Source: Scyliorhinus canicula (Eukaryota). Taken from it: DNA of 64,000 nucleotides. The stretch is taken from contig NC_052147.1 of the NCBI RefSeq assembly GCF_902713615.1, positions 166,946,410-167,010,409 on the forward strand, written 5' to 3'. Shown one piece after another: positions 36,516 through 47,529 of this stretch. The position numbers were made by a program, and so were the translations under genes. Below the pieces are notes generated by a model. That model was not told where the DNA came from and did no database searches. It saw only the letters and a program-made list of their open reading frames with translations. Position 1 is the stretch's first letter. Each line of letters starts with the position of its first letter.

Positions 36516-36743
36516 ACAATCAAAATGACATGAAAGCAAAACAAGACGAACCAATCGCAATCTACTGCTCTGAATAATGGCGTATTCTATGACACATTTC
36601 AATTCTCGGTCTGTTTTTGCTGATGTGCGCTTGAGATTGTTTGAAATAACAAAGGTCTATGCAATGGTCTCTCAAACATATAAATACTGAGCACCCAGAG
36701 CAATAATGTGTCAGTCTCTTGCTTTTCCAACAGTGAGTTCAAA
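36516..36743 (+). promoter_or_regulatory. Proximal promoter and 5'UTR of crystallin copy C
   Basis: TATAAA at 36679-36684; TTTTTGCTGA (AT-flanked Maf half-site) at ~36614; AATAACAAAG (Sox-like) at ~36645; ACAATCAAAATGACAT at 36516. Confidence 0.7.
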
Positions 36744-38557
36744 ATGGGAAAGGTAAGGTTAACTCTCATATTTTTCACCTTACCAATAATTGGTTGGAAA
36801 ATACAAGTATTTCATTTCATCTTCTTTCCTCACAGGTTATCTTTTACGAGGACAGGAACTTCCAGGGTCGGCACTATGAGTGCAGCAGTGACTGTGCTGA
36901 CCTGTCCTCTTACTTCAGCCGCTGTAACTCCATCCGTGTTGAGAGTGACTGGTGGGTGGTCTATGAGAAACCCAATTACATGGGATACCAGTATGTTCTG
37001 AGCAGGGGAGAATATCCTGACTACCAGCGCTGGATGGGATTCAATGACAGCATCAGGTCATGTCGCTCCTACCCACACGTAAGTAATAAATGCACAATTC
37101 CGAAAGGTGTTGATTAACTCATCAACTGATAAATATTTTTATTGGCCTGGTGATCTATTTATTTAATAAACAAAAAGTTACAATTTTAAGTTGAAATGTA
37201 AGTTGTAAACTGCAATAGTTGGCCCACACTGTAACATTCAGGATTTTCCTCAGGACTGTTCTGACTGATCCCTGTAACTTTCCTGAAAATTGATGAAACT
37301 GCTGGATACACCTTGTCAGAGGGCAAAGGTAGATTTCCATTAATCTTCCACAGATTATAGAGACCAATCAGAACAATCTACGAGCAAGCACCCAGTGAAA
37401 TGTGTTTAACAACAGAACAAATAAGAGTGCCTGAGCACTCATAATAAATCAAGCACCGGAAATCAGACCTATTTTAAAAATATTTTTGTCATAAGTAGAC
37501 TTACATTAGCACTGCAATGAAGTTACTGTGAAAAGCCCCTAGCCGCCACATTCCAGTACCTGGTTCGGGTACACAGAGGGAGAAATCAGAATTCTCAGCT
37601 GGTACGGGATTTGAACCCGTGCTGCTGGCCTTGTTCTGCATTACAAACCAGCTTTCTAGCCCACTGAGCTGAACCAGCCCAATTTGTTCTGCCAATTGAC
37701 GCATTCACCGATAGGGTTGATGCTATTTGTTGAGTGAGTCATAAGGAAACATGGCAGAGAAGTAATCTGCAGACTTCCTTCCATTCCTCTCCCAGTTGAT
37801 GCATCCACGATCTGGGCATGGCAACTCTCTTGGCAAGTGTATTGATTTAGGTCAAGTTTCGCCATAATCTCATGGGGTATAAGAACAGACTCCAGGGGCA
37901 AAATGGCCCATTCTTGTTCTTGTGTTTTTAAATGCAAAGTCCGTCTTCAGAGGTTGGGTTCAGATTTTCATTTCCCAGGATTCTGAAGAGGAACTTCAAT
38001 CCAAATGTTTTCATTATTTTTATCAGTCCTAACCTTTATTGGCTGTTCGTTAGTACTGATAAAATTTTAAAATTTAGTTTATTGGATAGCCGATGGCCAA
38101 ACATAAAATGCTAGAAATCGACAAAAAGGCTACTTAAACTGAAGAATTTTCATCAAAATTGCTAATGGGTTTCCTGACAATGTGACTCATATAAGAAAAG
38201 ACACTTGGCAATAATTTTCTTGACTGTTGTGCAGATGCATTTATACATGCCTGCTAAATGTTTAATTCATTTCCATTACAGTACCGAGGTGGAAACTACA
38301 AGATGAGGATTTACGAGAGGCCTGACTTCGGAGGACAGATGATGGAATTCATGGATGACTGTCCATCTGTCTACGATCGTTTCCGTTACCGTGACATCCA
38401 CTCCTGCCATGTGATGGACGGTTACTGGACCTTCTATGAACATCCCAACTACAGAGGCCGACAGTACTTCATGAGACCCGGTGAATACAAGAGATACAGT
38501 GACTGGGGCGGCTACAACTCAACTATTGGATCTTTCAGACGCATGAGGGATTTCTAA
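36744..38557 (+). CDS. CRYG: Gamma-crystallin copy C; join(36744..36752,36836..37078,38282..38557), 175 aa
   Basis: MGK | [11 protein letters not shown]...SCRSYPH | [16 protein letters not shown]...GSFRRMRDF*. Both introns GT-AG, TATA at 36679, AATAAA at 38606. Confidence 0.96.
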
Positions 38558-39684
38558 TCGCTTTTTGAAACCTGGGTTTTGTCATGCTGAAATATTCTGA
38601 AACATAATAAATGTGCTTTTATCAGAACTAATTTCCTTTTGTTTTTGGAGTATGTTTCTTTGGCTCTGCCATTACAGTTATTTTAAAATCTGGCGAGGAG
38701 GGAGGACAATACACCAGTAGAAATAAATTTGAACCCTAACATTCAAAATGAAAAAACAGCAACAGATCCTTTTAAAATGTCACATATGCATTCAGACAGA
38801 TATATAAATTGGCAGGTCCCACCATATTTTATGTAAAAAATATGCTGAGTATTTCCAGAATCTTCTGCTTTTATTTCAGAATTTCTGAGGCATTTTGTCA
38901 AGATTTCATCAACATTCTAGCAGTATTTATTCCATTTATTCTTGGAGATTTTAACCAATGTTGTGCTCTTCCACCATATTGGACTCCTTTTACAGGAGTC
39001 ACCAGGAGAGAGGAAGTGCCTGTTCTTGGGCATCTTGCTACATTTGCCTCTGACTGGTCTAGGATTGAGACGAATGCATGAGGCACAACAGCTCCACCAG
39101 GTACTTGAGGGAATGCAAGGAGGGTGAAGTGATGTTTATGCTCCCAATAGGTATGGGACATCCTTCCTCTTCTGGATCTCTTTGATCAGGATCTCCAGTG
39201 TCATCTCTGGGATCCTGTATGCTCCATTCTTTGCGGCTCAGTCATACTGCAATGTGCCACCATCCGCAAAGCAGTGCACTGTGCACCTTCAGTGGAGATG
39301 AGCCAAAGGAGCCCACATTTACAACTCTATGGACATTGTTCTCAATAGGCACTTGAGTGGTAAATCTGCAGGTCTCTTGTTTCCCACGTCAATCAAGCTA
39401 AAATTTTTGCTATCAGCAATTCGACCAAAATTATGTGTCAGTTCCAGATCTTCACATTCTTATTATCTCATAATTCATTTGGGGCCTGTTTTCACTATTT
39501 GCCAAAATGACTCCCTTCGTTTCCAGATTAATTTTCTGATCATATCCTGATACACTGATGGGAAATGCACGACTTTTGATTTACTCCTACCATTACTCGT
39601 AGCTTAGTGAATATTTTCCCTGAGATATGGCCTTTGATCTATGCCCACCATTCGTGGTGTTCTCAACCTACAGATTGCCTATGA

Positions 39685-41705
39685 ATGTCTAAACAAGGAG
39701 CAAGAGTAGAACATTTGGCTCCTCGAGTCTGCTCTGCAATCTGCATCTTTAAATCTGCATCACCCCTTCCCCCGATAACCTATCGCCCTCCCTTGTTTAC
39801 CAAGCATCTATCCATATCTGCCTTAAAATATTAAAATACTCCTGCTTCCATCATACTCAGGAGAGAGTTCCAAAGACTCAAGAACCGCTGAGGGAAAATA
39901 TCTTTGTCACATCTCCTTTATAAATGGACGATACCTTATTTTTAAATGGTAACCCCTAATTTCAGATTCTCCCATAAGAGGAAACATCCTCTCGACATCC
40001 ACCCTGTCAAATTGTTCTGGATCTTATATGTTTTGATCAAGTTACTTCTTACTCTTCTAAGCGGATACAAGCCTAGCCTGGGTAACCTTTCCTCACAAGA
40101 CAATCCACCAATTCCAGGCACTAACCTGGTAAACCTTCTCTGAAGTGCTTCCAACACATTTATCCTTCCTCAAATAAGATGACCAACGCTGTAGACAGTA
40201 CTCCAAATATGATCTCACTAATGCTCTGTACAACTGAAGCATAATTTCCCTACTCCTGTATTCAATTCTGCTCATGATAGAGCATCACATTCCATTAACT
40301 TTCCTAATTACCTGTTGTACCTATATACTAGCCTTTTACAATTCATGCAGGAGGATACCCAGATCCCTCATCACCTCAGAGTTCTGCAACCTCTCACAAT
40401 TTCCGTATTAAACTTTTTTACTCTTCCAGCCAAAATGGATGATTTTATATTTTCCCATATTATACTCCTTTTGCCAGATCTTTGCCCATTCACTTAACCT
40501 ATCCATACCTTATTATCACCTCCATAAGTCATATTGACAATTTACTTTCCTACTTATCTTTGTGCCATCAGAAAATTTGGAAACAAACCTGTAAATCTCT
40601 CATCCGAGGCATTTATATCATAGATCATAGAATTTACAGTGCAGAAGGAGGCCATTTGGCCCATCGAGTCTGCACCAGCTCTTGGAAAGAGCACCCTACC
40701 CAAGGTCAACACCTCCCCCTATCCCAATAACCCAGTAACCCCACCCAACACTAAGGGCAATTTTGGACACTAAGGGCAAGTTAGCATGGCCAATCCGCCT
40801 AACCTTGCACATCTTTGGACTGTGGGAGGAAACCGGAGCACCCAGAGGAAACCCACGCACACACAGGGAGGATGTGCAGACTCTGCACAGACAGTGACCC
40901 AAGCCGGAATCGAACCTGGGACCCTGGAGCTGTGAAGCCATTGTGCTATCCACAATGCTACCGTGCTGCCCCTTAAATTGGAAACATGAGGCCCAAGCAC
41001 TGTTCTCTGTGACACACCACTCATTACATCTTGCAACCTGAAAAAAGCCCATTTATGCCTCATCTCTGCTTCCTATTAGCAAATCAACCTTCTACCCATG
41101 CCAATATCATACACTCTGCACCATGAGCTTTCATTTTCCGTAATGACCTTTGATGTGGCACTTTATTAAATGCCCTCTGGAAATCCAGGTACACCACATC
41201 AATAGGCTCCTCTTTATCTTCACCACAGGTCACTTCCTCAAAGGACTCCAATAAGTTGGTTAAACGTGATTTCCCTTTCACAAAACCACATTGACTTTGC
41301 CTGATTCCTTGATCTTATACAAGTGCCTTGCTATTGCATCTTTAATAATAGCTTCTAACATTTTCCCCACGACCAGACTTTAAACTAACTGGCCTGTAGT
41401 TTCCCATTTTCGGCCTCCCTACATTTTTGAATAATGGAGTTGCATTTGCTATCTTCCAATCTGATGGGACCTTTCTTGAATCAAGGGAGGTTTTGTATCT
41501 ACTATCATACTGGACTCTTCGTTAAAGACCCTAGGATTAAGTTCATCAGGATCCGAGCCCTTGTTAGCCTGCAGTTCCAACAATTTACTCAGTACCACTT
41601 CTCTGGTGGTTGTAATTTTCCCGAGTTTCTCTCCCCCTTCCATTCCCTGGTTTATTGCTGCTTCTGGGATGTCACTTCTATCCTCTATAGTAAAGACTGA
41701 TGCTT
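39685..41705 (-). mobile_element. Degenerate CR1-like LINE with an HE1-like SINE at ~40618-40971
   Basis: Minus-strand VVYLDFQRAFNKVPH and LQLYRALVRSYLEYC motifs with stops. Confidence 0.8.
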
Positions 41706-44700
41706 GATTTAGTTAAACGGCGTTAATGTAAACTGGGATGACTTTTATTCATTTACTCGCCTTATTCAAGGTGATTAGATAGTGAAAAAAACCATCAGGA
41801 GTTTGTTTAGTGATCCAATCAAATCAATTTGGATGTGGTGTAAGGAGAGTCTGACTGAGGCAGCAACACTAAAAACGCTCCATTAAGGCTAACAGCTGAA
41901 ATATGCTGCAGACAAATTCAATGTTGGACAACTTTGAAATGCAACAGATTTAGAAGGTCAGCAGGTTGATCCTATGATTCAAGAGAGAATTGCTTCAAAT
42001 GACCGTTGGATATCCACAGGTGTTGAGTGAAACATTTAGAAGAGGTCCTCCACATAACTGGGTGGCAAATGCACAATTGGGAAGTGACAGCAAATCTCTT
42101 TATACATGAAGACTGAGTAGCGTCATGTGATGTGGGTTACGGAAGAGGTTTCCCATTGTCTTACCTCTCGTGGGTCTGGTAGTAAGGCTCACTTTCATTT
42201 TCTGAGATCAATACACTTAACAAATCATGGGCGGCTCGGTGGCAAGGAGGACTGCAGGTTAGGTGGATTGAACATGCTAAATTGCCCCTTAGTGTCCAAA
42301 AGGTTAGGTGGGGTTACTGGGTTACCATGATAGGGTGGAGACGTGAGATTAAGGAGGGTGCTCTTTCCAAGGGCTGTTGCAGGCCTGAAGGGCCAAATGG
42401 CCTCCTTCTGCACTGTAAATTCAATGATCTCTCAACTCCATGCTGTCTCCCTCTGATCAGTTGAATATTTCAAGGTGTCACTCACCCGACCGTCATTATA
42501 GTCTCTAGCAATAATCTGCCAACAGGTCACTAGTTTATAATTCCCTAGTTTCAATTTGTCAACTTCCTTAAATAATAGAGCAATGTTCGCAACTTTCCAT
42601 TGCAAAGGAGTAATCCCCAAACAAGACGTTTGGAAGGTAATAATGGGGGCATTTGTTTACGTTCATTCCTGTGATATGGGTGTCAATGTAAAGGCCAACA
42701 TTTATTGTCTGTCCCGATTTCTTTCAAATCTGAATCGTAGTGATTAGTCATTCTTCAGTGCCATTATTTACTTCATTACTGTCACATTGCTTAATTTAAT
42801 TTGGATGATGGCCTGCTGCTGATTCAAAAATATTTTGTTGGTATGTCTGACCACCCCTTCTACTGTAAATACTGAAGCTAAATAATTTTCGGCATGTCAA
42901 TCATTTCCTTAATGTCTTTGAAATGTCACCATTATCAGTTTTTAAACGGTCACTTTGCTCCACTATCTTATTCAAAAATAATTTTGTTTTAATCTTGATA
43001 TCATTTCCAAGTTTCTTTACATTCTTACATTTTTTTGCAGCATTTCCTAACTGTTTTGATGCACGTTGCTATCTTAATATCTTTCTCAATTACCAGGATC
43101 TTTGCTTTGATTCTACGTTTGTATGCAAGTGTCTTCATTTTGATCTTGTCACCCATCTCTGTAGTTGCTCATGACTTTCTTTTAATAATAACAATCACTT
43201 ATTGTCACAAGTAGGTTTCAATGAAGTTACTGTGAAAAGCCCCTAGTCACCACATTCTGGCACCTGTTCGGGAAGGTCGGTATGGGAATTGAACCCACGC
43301 TGATGGCCTTGTTCTGCACAGCAAGCCAGCTGTTTAGCCCACTGTGCTAACCAAGCACCGAGTGACACAAACATGAAAAGGAATAGATTGCAAATTGGAA
43401 AGGTTTTTCAAAGTATGGAATAGGAATGATGGGATGAATAACTGTTATATTTGTGTTGGCTTTCTATCTTATTTATCTCAGAGAAATATAAAGATGCTTC
43501 AAGTTCTGAACCTTTACTTACAATATCTTCAAACATCTCTGAATTTACAGGATTTTTAACACACATGGGCATGATTCTCCATTGGCGGGAAGCTCCGCTT
43601 CTCCAGCAGCTCACTCAAGCCCGCGGATTCCAGACGGCGTGGGGGTAGCCATAATTGGAAACCCCATTGGCCGGCTGCCAGACCGGAGGATCTCTCTGCC
43701 GGCAGTGGCGCGCCAAAAAACAGGTCTGGCAGGACATAATGTCCCGCATATGTGGCGGGATTGGGCAGAGAATCGGTTCCGACGCCGGTATCGTGGCAGG
43801 CAAGATTTGACGCCAAATTGCAATTCTCCATTGACTCGACAGCGGCGTCGATGAGTTCCAGAATGCACGTACAGTAACCACCGTTTGCATATCAATCGCG
43901 GCCCGACCCAGTATTCTCGGAGGTCCGCACGATTCTTTGCCTCTGATAGGCCGAATTCTCGATGGCGCGATTCACTTGCGCTTTTAAAAATCATGAAACC
44001 GGTGCCGTGACTGATGAGGGAGAGAGAGGAGGTAGGCCATGGAAAGGCACGACTGCGGGTTGACGATCTGGACACTTGCCGGGCTGACTGGGGTGGGGAG
44101 CGAGCGGTGGGGGGGGGGGGGGGGGGGGGGGGTTGATGGCGAAACGGTCTGTGTGGCCAGGGCGAGCCCCCCTTGGGACCTGGGCGGTGCTCAGACATGG
44201 ACTGCTATTTTCGCAGCCTGCGAGGCAGCCATTTTGCTGCGCACCCCACTGACCACCCACCTTGCCCTCTGGGTCTGCAGAGTGACACTAGTTTTATGGG
44301 TGCCCCCACCCCACCACCCATGCACCCCAACATACTCCCCAATAGCCAACCGGCTGCCACCCACCGGTGGGGAATCGGATGGGCCACGCTGTCATAATAT
44401 ACATCTATGTATATAATGGAGTGCAGACAGGCAGTGATTGACACACAGGATGACCAGTAAGCACACAAAACACAGCAGCCAATCACCAGACAGGACACTA
44501 CCACTATAAAGCCAGAGGGCACTAGGTTTCTCGCTCTCTCTGGACCCAGCCACTGAGACAGTCAGAGTTCGTGAGCTAGTCAGTGCAAACACCTTGCGGT
44601 AGCTCGTAAGTCTGGTCAGGCTAGTACTAGGTCTCAAGTCAAGTCAGTATAGTGTCAACCCACAGTTGAACATGTATATTAGTTAAGACGGTAAATAAAA

Positions 44701-46602
44701 TCGTGTTGCATCTTATCAAGTGTTAGAGGTCTGTCTCTCGCTACACTGCATCAAGTGCAGTCCACAACGACCCAGCCTGCCCAACACATCATGGTACCAG
44801 TGAGTGATGCTGAAATTTGATGGACCTACCTTGGGTGAATCAGCGTTGACCAGCAAACAGCCATCTGGTGACATGGAAAACGTCCGCCCAGCTCCGCAGC
44901 TCAGCATCGCCGGCAACCTCAGTGCAAATTGGAAGATCTTCAAACAGAACTTCCAACTCTATCTCGAAGCCACCGACCTCGAGGCCGCATCGCACGCCAG
45001 GAAGATCGCACTATTCCTCTCCACAACCAGGGACCATGCCATCCACATCTACAACTCCGTTACATTCGCTGAAGGCAAAGACAAGACAAAATTTAAAACT
45101 GTCCTGCTGAAGTTCGACAGCCATTGCGACATTGAGGTGAATGAGAGCTTTGAACGGTACATTTTCCAGCAGAGGCTTCAGGGTAAGGATGAACCTTTTC
45201 AGCCCTTTTTGACCCATCTCCACATCCTCGCGCAGTCATGAAACTATCACTCGACAACTGATTCCATGATCCGGGATCAGATTGTTTTCGGTGTCCACTC
45301 CGATTCCCTTTGCCAGCACCTCCTGAAAGTCAAGCAGCTCACCATCGCCATCGAAACGTGCCTTGTCCACGAACATGCTAACGATCACATCAGGGTGGCA
45401 GAAACTGCAAAGCTAGCCTCCCATGAGGCGGAACGGGTGCAGGCTATCGCACAAATGCAGGGCCTAAGTATCGACGAGAGTGGTCACTTTGCTCGCTTTT
45501 CCCGGGCCCATGCGCATGCGCGCCATTACCGAGGGGACGGCGAGACAGACGACCAGACTGCGCAGATGCTTACGTCATTTGACCGCACTGCGCATGCGCG
45601 ATGGCACACAGAACGCAGTGACGTTGGCATCATGACGTGTACGAATTGTGGCTCCGCCCATTTAAAGCAGCAATGTCCGGCAAAATCATGATGGTGTCTA
45701 CAGTGTGGCAAGCTTGGCCACTACGCAGCCCTTTGCAGACCTGCTCCACTGCCCAGCAGCCAGCGATCCCAGCCACGGCGCAGAAGTGTCCGTTCAATAC
45801 AGCAGGGCATTCCAGATTCCGACCCTGACAGCCCAACAGATCCCAATGCTGAGTGCCTCAAATCCCCATACCGGGTGGGCATAATTACGAAGCATGCGCT
45901 GCCTTTCTCCAAGATAGTGAAGCACCTTCCGATCCTCAGCGTGGATCCCGACGACGAGTGGTGTGCTGTCCTCACAGTTAACAAGGCTCGCATCCGGTTC
46001 AAACTGGACACTGGCGCATTGGCGAACCTCATCTCGAAATCCGATCTCGACACCATTCACGTCAGACCAAGTATTCTTCCACTGGCCTGTCAGCTCCTTG
46101 ACTACAATGGCAATGCCATAGCTGCCAGTAGCTTGTGCCAACTCGGAGTGTCCAATAAGTCAATTAAAGCGACTCTGCGGTTTGAGATTCTAGGACATGG
46201 CAGAGCTTCCCTGCTCGGTGCTCAGGCCTCCAAACTCCTGAACCTGGTTCAGGGAGTCCACACCATGTCACCCTCACAGGCGATGGCCTCACTTGATGAA
46301 AACTTCCAGGCTCAAATTGATGACATCATAGCGTAATACCATAGCGTGTTCGATGGAATGGGCACGCTCCCATACCGATACAAAATCCTGCTCAAACTTC
46401 GTGAGTGTTTCCCACCCTACCTCCTCCTCTAACCAACCCCCCCACCCCACGGTGGTTGGGAAGCGGGAGCAGGGGCCTGTCGTGAAGGTGAGTGAGTGCC
46501 TTTAAATTTGCTTACCTTTCAGCGGGAGCAGGGTTTGAGGTAATATCAGGTAAGCTCTTCCTTTCTTTTTCTTTTTCTTGTTTTTTTTTAAATCTAGAGG
46601 TG

Positions 46603-47529
46603 ATGTCAGGGAAGGCAGTACAATGCTCCTCCTACAGAATGTTTGAGGTGAGGGACGCCGTCAGTGTCCCTGCTGATTTCATCTGTGGGAAGTGCACCCA
46701 ACTCCAGCTCCTCAAAAACCGTGTTGGGGACCTGGAGCTTGAGCTGGATGAACTTCGGATCATTCGGGAGGCAGAGGGGGTCATAGATAGGAGCTTCAGG
46801 GAAGTAGTTACACCAAAGACTGGAGATAGATGGGTAACTGTAAGAGGGACTGGGAAGAAGCAGTCAGTGCAGGGACCCCCTGCGGTCGTTCCCCTGAGTA
46901 ACAAGTATACCGTTTTGGATACTTGTGGGGGGGACGACTTACCAGGGGTAAGCCATGGGGTACGGGCCTCTGGCACGGAGTCTGTCCCTGTTGCTCAGAA
47001 GGGAAGGGGGGAAAGGAGTAGAACATTAGTAATTGGGGACTCAATAGTCAGGGGCACAGATAGGAGATTTTGTGGGAGCGAGAGAGACTCACGTTTGGTA
47101 TGTTGCCTCCCAGGTGCAAGGGTACGTGATGTCTCGGATCGTGTTTTCCGGGTCCTTAAGGGGGAGGGGGAGCAGCCCCAAGTCGTAGTCCACGTTGGCA
47201 CTAACGACATAGGTAGGAAAGGGGACAAGGATGTCAGGCAGGCCTTTAGGGAGCTAGGATGGAAGCTCAGAGCGAGAACAAACAGAGTTGTTATCTCTGG
47301 GTTGTTGCCCGTGCCACGTGATAGTGAGATGAGGAATAGGGAGAGAGAGCAATTAAACACGTGGCTACAGGGATGGTGCAGGCGGGAGGGATTCAGATTT
47401 CTGGATAACTGGGGCTCTTTCTGGGGAAGGTGGGACCTCTATAGACAGGATGGTCTACATCTGAACCTGAGGGGCACCAATATCCTGGGGGGGAGATTTG
47501 TTAGTGCTCTTTGGGGGGGTTTAAACTAA
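46603..47529 (+). CDS. CR1 ORF1p: zinc finger / leucine zipper plus SGNH (GDSL-like) esterase, 308 aa
   Basis: First ATG at 46603; CSSY..CGKC, coiled-coil LQLLKNRVGDLELEL, GDSIVR, HVGTND, DGLHL. Confidence 0.9.
   Translation: MSGKAVQCSSYRMFEVRDAVSVPADFICGKCTQLQLLKNRVGDLELELDELRIIREAEGVIDRSFREVVTPKTGDRWVTVRGTGKKQSVQGPPAVVPLSNKYTVLDTCGGDDLPGVSHGVRASGTESVPVAQKGRGERSRTLVIGDSIVRGTDRRFCGSERDSRLVCCLPGARVRDVSDRVFRVLKGEGEQPQVVVHVGTNDIGRKGDKDVRQAFRELGWKLRARTNRVVISGLLPVPRDSEMRNREREQLNTWLQGWCRREGFRFLDNWGSFWGRWDLYRQDGLHLNLRGTNILGGRFVSALWGGLN

Noticed and set aside
46484-46600. Intron in the CR1 5'UTR (AG|GTGAGT, AG|GTAAGC, pyrimidine tract, TAG)
   Set aside because: The motifs are present, but a retrotransposed copy retaining them argues against efficient splicing, and no transcript evidence is available.
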